NCBI GenBank assembly: GCA_963718525.1
Contig: OY970355.1
Span: forward strand, 864,001 to 928,000
Origin: Candidatus Dormiibacterota bacterium
Lineage (GTDB): Bacteria > Chloroflexota > Dormibacteria > Aeolococcales > Aeolococcaceae
DNA length: 64,000 bases
Direction: 5' to 3'
Part shown: in pieces, positions 58,622 through 64,000 of the stretch
How positions within the stretch are numbered: position 1 is the stretch's first letter
How the letters are laid out: the number at the start of each line of letters is the position of its first letter
Position numbers and translations under genes: made by a program
Notes under the pieces: generated by a model
What the model was told of the DNA's origin: nothing
Seen by the model: the letters and a program-made list of their open reading frames with translations, nothing else
Database searches by the model: none

Positions 58622-59146
58622 ATGCCCCCACGCGAAGCGCTGCGTACCGCCCGGCTGGTGCTGGAACCGATCTCCCATGCCCACGACAGCGACCTGTTCC
58701 AGGCGTCGCTGGCTTCGCGAGCCGAGTTGCTGCCCTGGATGCCCTGGGCCGTCGATCTGACCATGAACGCCCAGTCCGCGTATGCGGACCGGGCGCGTTC
58801 GGAATGGGAGGCCGGGTCTCCGGCATTCGCGATCACGGAGCACGGCGTGGCCATCGGTGTCATCGGGCTCACGCGGGAGAGCGATTCGCAGTACGAGATC
58901 CATTACTGGCTGGCCACGGACCGCACCGGACGTGGCTTTGTCACCGAGGCTGCACAGACCCTGCTCGAGTGGGCGCGGGATGTCCTCCGAGGCCAGCGCA
59001 TCACTCTCCACGCCGGCATGGTGAATCGACGCAGCCTCGCGATCGCGGAGCGGCTCGGATTCACCCGGGACGGTGAGCTCGAGGGAGGGATGACCGGCGG
59101 AAGCGTCGCCGTGTTTCCTGCGTACGGTCACCACCTCGACCTTTAG
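58622..59146 (+). CDS. RimJ/RimL-type GNAT acetyltransferase
   Basis: LPWMPW, EIHYWL...GRGFVTEA, N.RS.AIAERLGF. Confidence 0.88.
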   Translation: MPPREALRTARLVLEPISHAHDSDLFQASLASRAELLPWMPWAVDLTMNAQSAYADRARSEWEAGSPAFAITEHGVAIGVIGLTRESDSQYEIHYWLATDRTGRGFVTEAAQTLLEWARDVLRGQRITLHAGMVNRRSLAIAERLGFTRDGELEGGMTGGSVAVFPAYGHHLDL

Positions 59147-60006
59147 CCGCTGCGCTTGAGCAGGCCAAGCCGCTTTGCGCGCCGTTCTGCCCTCGCGAAG
59201 ACGAACACGCCGCAGGGAATGAGCACCGCACCCATGACGAGGAGCACCAGCACCGTTCCGAACAGCGAGCCGATGCCCGCGTGATCGAGCAGTGCCGAGC
59301 GAATGCCGCTCAGGGTGTACGTGAGCGGTGATGCCTGCCCCATGACGCGCAGGACGGTCGGAAGCACGGTGATCGGGTAGTACACACCCGAGACGAGCAG
59401 CAGCACACCCTGGACCGCAACCGCCATCTGCTCGCCCTTCTCGGGAGAGAGCAGGGGCAGGATCGAGGTGAAGATCCCGAGACCGAGCACCGGGAACGTC
59501 GCCGCCGCGAGCACCAGCAACGCCGAGCCGATGTCCGCGTGGGACAGGTCGAGATGGAAGGCGAGCGCGATCGCGATCATGATGATCACGCTGCGCAGGA
59601 GCGCGTAGATGATCGCGAAGGAGCAGATGCCGAGCAGGTGGGTGGTCCGCCGCACCGGCGCCATGAAGGTGTATTCGATGGTTCCCTCCCAGCGCTCCCA
59701 GGCGATGGCGAAGGACACGTCGAAGAACATCAGCGACAGATAGCTCCAGAGCAAGGAGCCGATCAGCAGGTACAGCTGCGCGCGCGCGATGTCGACATGA
59801 GCGCTCGCACCACTGAACGACCCGAGCCCGGACGCCAGGTACCCGATGCTCAGCGTGCTCACGATGCTGTAGACCAGCCAGACGACCTCCCAGATCCAGT
59901 AGCGCTTGTAGAGGTTGCGCTGGCGCTCGAAGAACCCGAGAAACGCGTTCGCCTCGAAGCGCAGACCGGGAGACGGCATCTCGACGTCGCGAATCTGCGT
60001 GCTCAT
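59143..60006 (-). CDS. ABC-2 type exporter permease
   Basis: ERWEGTIE, SGVYYPITVLP, SPLTY; about 6 TM helices. Confidence 0.9.
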   Translation of the reverse strand: MSTQIRDVEMPSPGLRFEANAFLGFFERQRNLYKRYWIWEVVWLVYSIVSTLSIGYLASGLGSFSGASAHVDIARAQLYLLIGSLLWSYLSLMFFDVSFAIAWERWEGTIEYTFMAPVRRTTHLLGICSFAIIYALLRSVIIMIAIALAFHLDLSHADIGSALLVLAAATFPVLGLGIFTSILPLLSPEKGEQMAVAVQGVLLLVSGVYYPITVLPTVLRVMGQASPLTYTLSGIRSALLDHAGIGSLFGTVLVLLVMGAVLIPCGVFVFARAERRAKRLGLLKRSG

Positions 60007-60854
60007 GATTCCTCCTCCTGCTCGGCTTCACTGTCGTCGTCAAATGTCTTGCCCGTGAGCCGCAGGAAGACGTCTTCCAGCGACGCGCCATCGCCGCTCA
60101 CGCTGTGCTGCGCGCGCAGCTCCGCCGGTGATCCCTCGGCGAGAATCCTGCCGCGATCGAGGATGACCACGCGGTCGCAGAGCCGCTCCGCCTCCTCGAG
60201 GTCGTGCGTGCTCAGCAGCACGGTGACCCCGGACTCCGCGCGAATGTCACGTACGAATCCCTGCACCTCGCGCTTCGAACGCGGATCGAGGCCCGTTGTC
60301 GGCTCATCCATGAGCAGCAGTGATGGGCTCGTCAGCAGGCTGCGCGCGATCGCGACCTTCTGCTGCTGCCCGCGCGACAGCTGCTTCATCGGCCGGTCGA
60401 CGGTGTCGCGAGGGAGACCGAGACGCGTGAGCGCGGCAACCGCGGCGTCGCGCGTGCCCTTACCGCCCTGTCCATAGAGGCGCGTCGCGTAGGAGAGGTT
60501 CTCCCACGGGCTCATCTCTTTGAAGAAGCTCGCCTCCACGGAGACGCGGTTCACGTGGCGCCGAACCTCGTGGCCGTCGTCCACGACATCGTGGCCGAAG
60601 ACAAGCGCCGTCCCCTCATCAGGAATGGTCAGCGTTGCCAGGACCCGAAGCAATGTCGACTTGCCGCTGCCGTTCAGGCCGACGATGGCGACCATCTCAC
60701 CATCGGTGACGCGCAGGTCGACTGAATCGACGGCGCGTTTGTACCGGCTCGACTGCTCGCGCCGTCGCCACGGCGGTCCGCGTCGTTCGCGCCGGAACGA
60801 CTTCACCAGCCTGGTCACCTCGACGGCGATGCCGCCGTCACCTACCCTGGACAC
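60003..60854 (-). CDS. ABC exporter ATP-binding protein (DrrA-like)
   Basis: GLNGSGKST, LSRGQ, LMDEPTTGLD, STH; AGGAG SD before GTG. Confidence 0.93.
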   Translation of the reverse strand: MSRVGDGGIAVEVTRLVKSFRRERRGPPWRRREQSSRYKRAVDSVDLRVTDGEMVAIVGLNGSGKSTLLRVLATLTIPDEGTALVFGHDVVDDGHEVRRHVNRVSVEASFFKEMSPWENLSYATRLYGQGGKGTRDAAVAALTRLGLPRDTVDRPMKQLSRGQQQKVAIARSLLTSPSLLLMDEPTTGLDPRSKREVQGFVRDIRAESGVTVLLSTHDLEEAERLCDRVVILDRGRILAEGSPAELRAQHSVSGDGASLEDVFLRLTGKTFDDDSEAEQEEES

Positions 60855-60892
60855 CGATTTCTCCTGCTCACGTTGTTGTTGCTCTTCTGGAC

Positions 60893-60929
60893 AAACAAAA
60901 GGACCGTGCCGGCCGGGCCGCACGATCCT
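60893..60929 (-). terminator. Intrinsic terminator inside the 5' leader of the ABC operon
   Basis: Minus strand AGGATCGTGC...GCACGGTCCT followed by TTTGTTT. Confidence 0.7.
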
Positions 60930-60958
60930 GTGAGCAGAGCTCTTCGATGCTCAGAGAC

Positions 60959-61033
60959 TCAAGGAGCGACCCCCGACGTGCGGACACGTCCCACGGTGGG
61001 TCTGCCGCCGACTCCAATGCACTGCGTTGTCAT
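60959..61033 (-). CDS. Putative leader peptide MTTQCIGVGGRPTVGRVRTSGVAP
   Basis: AAGGAG SD; 24 codons between the promoter and the terminator. Confidence 0.55.
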   Translation of the reverse strand: MTTQCIGVGGRPTVGRVRTSGVAP

Positions 61034-61069
61034 CAAAAAGCGCTCCTTTGCGCGAACGAACGAGCGGTC

Positions 61070-61098
61070 ATGTTAGGTGCTGCGCGCGACGGTGTCAA
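61070..61098 (-). promoter_or_regulatory. Sigma70 promoter of the ABC leader
   Basis: TTGACA-17 bp-TAACAT. Confidence 0.7.
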
Positions 61099-61131
61099 AC
61101 GCGCAGCGGTGGCTCGGGTTATCCTCGGCGC

Positions 61132-61497
61132 ATGTGCCGCGTCTGCATGAAGCGACCGGAGATCCCGGATGAGCGCTACGGCCGCTGCGAGCAGTGCGCC
61201 AAAGCCGGTCGCAACGCGTTTCGTTTCCGGCTCTTTCCCGCCCGCGGCGGCCCCGGGTTCACGGTCAAAGCCGGCGAGCTCTCGCCGCACGCGCTGCGCC
61301 AGAAGTGGCGTGCGCCGCTCGCCGCCTACAAGGGCCATGTGTCCACGAAGACGAATCTGGGGCTCCACGAGCTGGAGATGATCACCGCGAAAGAACGGGT
61401 CGAGAGCCTGCGGGTGGCGCCGGACCTCGCGGGACATGACGCAGAGGTGCTCGCCGCGTTGCACGATGCAGCCGAGCGGACCGATTCGGCGTGGTGA
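61132..61497 (+). CDS. Hypothetical protein with N-terminal C4 zinc finger (leaderless)
   Basis: CRVC...CEQC; TATCCT-6 nt-ATG. Confidence 0.65.
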   Translation: MCRVCMKRPEIPDERYGRCEQCAKAGRNAFRFRLFPARGGPGFTVKAGELSPHALRQKWRAPLAAYKGHVSTKTNLGLHELEMITAKERVESLRVAPDLAGHDAEVLAALHDAAERTDSAW

Positions 61498-61508
61498 CCA
61501 GGCGCGAG

Positions 61509-62777
61509 TCAGGCTGAGAACAGCCTCCACGTCAGCGACGGAGCGGCGATGGCGCTCGCGCTGACCACCCTCCACGTGATCGAGGTCTTTGCGTCCAGGA
61601 CTCCAGTGACCATCCCCACGGTCGTCCCCGCCGCGATCGGAGCGGGCGGAGACAGGTCGGTCACGTGAAAATGGAGCGCCGCGCCGGCACGTATGAACGC
61701 CTCAATGGTTTCCGTCGGCGACAGCGTCACGAGGGCGCTGTCCCCCCAACGCGTTGTCACCGACCCCGAGACCTGCGGGGCGAACGCGGCGAGATCGACC
61801 GCAGCATAGGCACCGTCCGCGGCGCTGACCGCTTGCTGCGCTGCAGCAAACGCCTGGCCGAGCTCAGGATGTGCCGGATCCCCAGCGGCTGCCGGCGGCT
61901 GCCCGAGCACCGCGCCCCACACCGTGACCATCTCACCAGTGCCGTACGTGATCTGGTCGGCGAAGAGCAGGCAGCCTCCTGCCGCTCCGGTCCAACCGGT
62001 TTTGATGCCCAGCCATCCCGCCTGCTGGTTGAGCAGGATGTCGAGGTTGTTGAGGATGGTGCCGTCGGGAAGCGACGCGTGCGCGGTTCCCACCAGGTCC
62101 TGGAGCGCGGGGTTGGCGATCACAGCCTTGGCGAGCGCGACGAGATCCGCTGCAGTCGAGACCGTTCTGACGCTGAGGCCGCTCGGATCGGCGAAATGCG
62201 TATGCGCCATGCCCAGCCCTGCCGCGGTTGCGTTGAGACGTGCGATGAACGCCGAACGGTTGCCCGATACCCAGACAGCCAGTGTCTCCGCGATGTTGTC
62301 GGCAGACGGCAGCAGCAGTGCCAGCAGGAGGTCGCGCTCAGTGAGGACCTCGCCCGCACGGACCCGGAGATTGGAGCCACCCTCGGCCAACGCCTGTCGA
62401 TACAGCAGCACGTCCGAGCCGGTCATCGTGATCGACGGACCATTCGCGCCGGGATCGAGCGGATGCGCAGCCAGGACGACGAGCGCGGTCATGGCCTTGG
62501 CGACCGATCCGATCGGCCGGACCGCAGCGGCGTTGCGCGCCACGATGCTCCCGCTCATGCTGGTCGCGAGCGCGAAACTGCCAGTGCCGGGCACGGGGAT
62601 CGGGGGAGGCCCGCTCCCATCGAGCAACACGGCGGCCGGCACATGGAGGCTCACCGCCGCGGGCGGTGGTGGAGCGGTGAGCCTCACGGCGACGAACGTG
62701 CCCGGTGCGATCACCACCGCGGTGATCACGACAACGAACACGATCCATACCCACGACGATCGCCGTGTCCCTGCCAT
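61509..62777 (-). CDS. D-alanyl-D-alanine carboxypeptidase (S11)
   Basis: SVAK, THFADPSG, KTG; N-terminal TM helix. Confidence 0.88.
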   Translation of the reverse strand: MAGTRRSSWVWIVFVVVITAVVIAPGTFVAVRLTAPPPPAAVSLHVPAAVLLDGSGPPPIPVPGTGSFALATSMSGSIVARNAAAVRPIGSVAKAMTALVVLAAHPLDPGANGPSITMTGSDVLLYRQALAEGGSNLRVRAGEVLTERDLLLALLLPSADNIAETLAVWVSGNRSAFIARLNATAAGLGMAHTHFADPSGLSVRTVSTAADLVALAKAVIANPALQDLVGTAHASLPDGTILNNLDILLNQQAGWLGIKTGWTGAAGGCLLFADQITYGTGEMVTVWGAVLGQPPAAAGDPAHPELGQAFAAAQQAVSAADGAYAAVDLAAFAPQVSGSVTTRWGDSALVTLSPTETIEAFIRAGAALHFHVTDLSPPAPIAAGTTVGMVTGVLDAKTSITWRVVSASAIAAPSLTWRLFSA

Positions 62778-62873
62778 CAGGCCTGTCTACACGCGTCGAC
62801 CCGTAGCATGCCTGGGTGCCTACCCACGACGACGTCGCAACGGCGACGGCGTCACATCACCCGACCTGACGGA

Positions 62874-63188
62874 TCAGGCCTTGGCCCGGCGCGGACCCCG
62901 AGCACCCTTCACCGCGGTGGAAAGCGAGGTGCTCGCCGAGAAACGAACCACCCGGCGGGCCGGCACCTTGACCGCCTCGCCTGTCCGCGGGTTGCGACCG
63001 AGCCGGGCTGCTCGCTGCGCCGTTTTGAAGTTGCCGAATCCATGGATGCGAACCTCGTCGCCCTTCTCCAGCGACTGCGCGATGGTGTCGAAGAACCAGC
63101 GCACCTCATCGCGTGCGGCGGTGACGGTGATTTCTGCACGATCTGCGAGTTGCTTTGCGAGCACATCGCGTGTCACGACTGTGGCCAT
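62874..63188 (-). CDS. hup: HU-family DNA-binding protein
   Basis: GFGNF, GRNPRTGE; GGAG SD. Confidence 0.93.
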   Translation of the reverse strand: MATVVTRDVLAKQLADRAEITVTAARDEVRWFFDTIAQSLEKGDEVRIHGFGNFKTAQRAARLGRNPRTGEAVKVPARRVVRFSASTSLSTAVKGARGPRRAKA

Positions 63189-63293
63189 GCGTTCTCTCCA
63201 AGAGTCTGACGGGGAAACGGCCGCGATTGTAAGGAAAACCGACGTGCTTTCTCAACATCGATCGTGCCGGGCGCTGTGCTAGCGTCGCAACAC

Positions 63294-64000
63294 GTGTCGA
63301 TGGCACACACCGGCGTCGCAGACGCGGAGTGGGACTTCGCGCTGCAGCGCATGGGCGGCCACTTCCTGCAGAGCACCCTGTGGCAGCGCGTCCAGACCGC
63401 TCTCGGCCATGACGTCATCTGGGCTCGTGACGAGCACTGGATGTGGGCCGGAGCCATTCGTGCCGGCCACTTTCCGCGTTACGTGTATCTGCCGCACGGC
63501 CCCACCGCGACGTCGGAGGATGCGCTGATCGATGCGCTCGCGCACGCCGTCGACGCGGCCCGTGTGCGCTCGCTCGACTTCGTCCGTGCCGAACCGCCCG
63601 GCGCGTTCGCGCCGTCTGCTCTCGCGGCCTCCGGCGCGCATCCGAGCAGATCGATCCAGCCGCGCTGGACGTGGATTCTCGATCTCACACCGGACGAGGC
63701 GGCGCTGCGACGCGGGCTGAGCTCCGGACACCGAGGGGCGATCAATGCCGCATCGCGGCGGGGCCTGACCATCCGCGCGAGCGAAGATCCTGACGACATC
63801 GACGTTTTCCTGGCTCTCCAGGAGCGCACCGCTGCGGCGGGACGGTTTCGCGGACAGGAGCAGTCGTATCACCGTGCGGTGGCTCGGACGCTGATGCCCG
63901 AGCACGCCGCGGTGCTCTATATCGCTGAAGCGTCGGGCGTCCCCGTCGCTGCCGCACTCTGCTTCGACTTCTCAGCGACCAGGTACTACGCGCACGCCGT
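63294..64000 (+). CDS. FemX/FemAB-family peptidoglycan bridge transferase (3'-partial)
   Basis: GHFLQSTLW, YLPHGP, IQPRWTWILDL; runs off the window end and is absent from the ORF track. Confidence 0.8.
   Translation, partial: MSMAHTGVADAEWDFALQRMGGHFLQSTLWQRVQTALGHDVIWARDEHWMWAGAIRAGHFPRYVYLPHGPTATSEDALIDALAHAVDAARVRSLDFVRAEPPGAFAPSALAASGAHPSRSIQPRWTWILDLTPDEAALRRGLSSGHRGAINAASRRGLTIRASEDPDDIDVFLALQERTAAAGRFRGQEQSYHRAVARTLMPEHAAVLYIAEASGVPVAAALCFDFSATRYYAHA

Noticed and set aside
61509-62777. SxN motif reads SAD(N) in the carboxypeptidase
   Set aside because: SxxK and KTG are intact; a single deviation is not enough to call it inactive
62828-62853. Hairpin downstream of the HU gene
   Set aside because: No U-tract; cannot be called a terminator with confidence

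Overview
GC-rich bacterial chromosomal segment, mostly housekeeping. The gene repertoire suggests a Chloroflexota/Dormibacterota-like soil Terrabacterium (inference only). Core content: a NarX/NarL-type two-component pair; hom-thrC-thrB-ask-ychF-lipoate ligase; cca-rplI-dnaB; fumC; a DEAD-box helicase; moeB; murE; rsmG; gcvT-gcvH; tRNA-Val(CAC); rpsF-ssb-rpsR with an S6:S18-type leader; class-V aminotransferase-serA-DUF1015; trxA; folB-folD-folC; an ABC-2 exporter; a D,D-carboxypeptidase; HU; and a partial FemX-like gene. No CRISPR, integrase or transposase was seen. Main observations: (1) a tail-anchored protein, Get3-like ArsA-Hsp20 ATPase, small CxxC protein and site-2 protease in one operon, behind a structured leader; (2) a promoter-uORF-terminator attenuator ahead of the ABC exporter; (3) a small coiled-coil protein with three AT-hook-like motifs that the ORF track only shows inside a longer frame; (4) recurrent CGAGTC>CGAGTT changes at conserved codons, probably the footprint of a DNA-modification motif; (5) pervasive leaderless gene starts; (6) a catalytically degenerate amidase, an internally duplicated unknown protein in the folate operon and an LprG/P55-like pair. 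All calls come from reading the sequence; no database searches were run.
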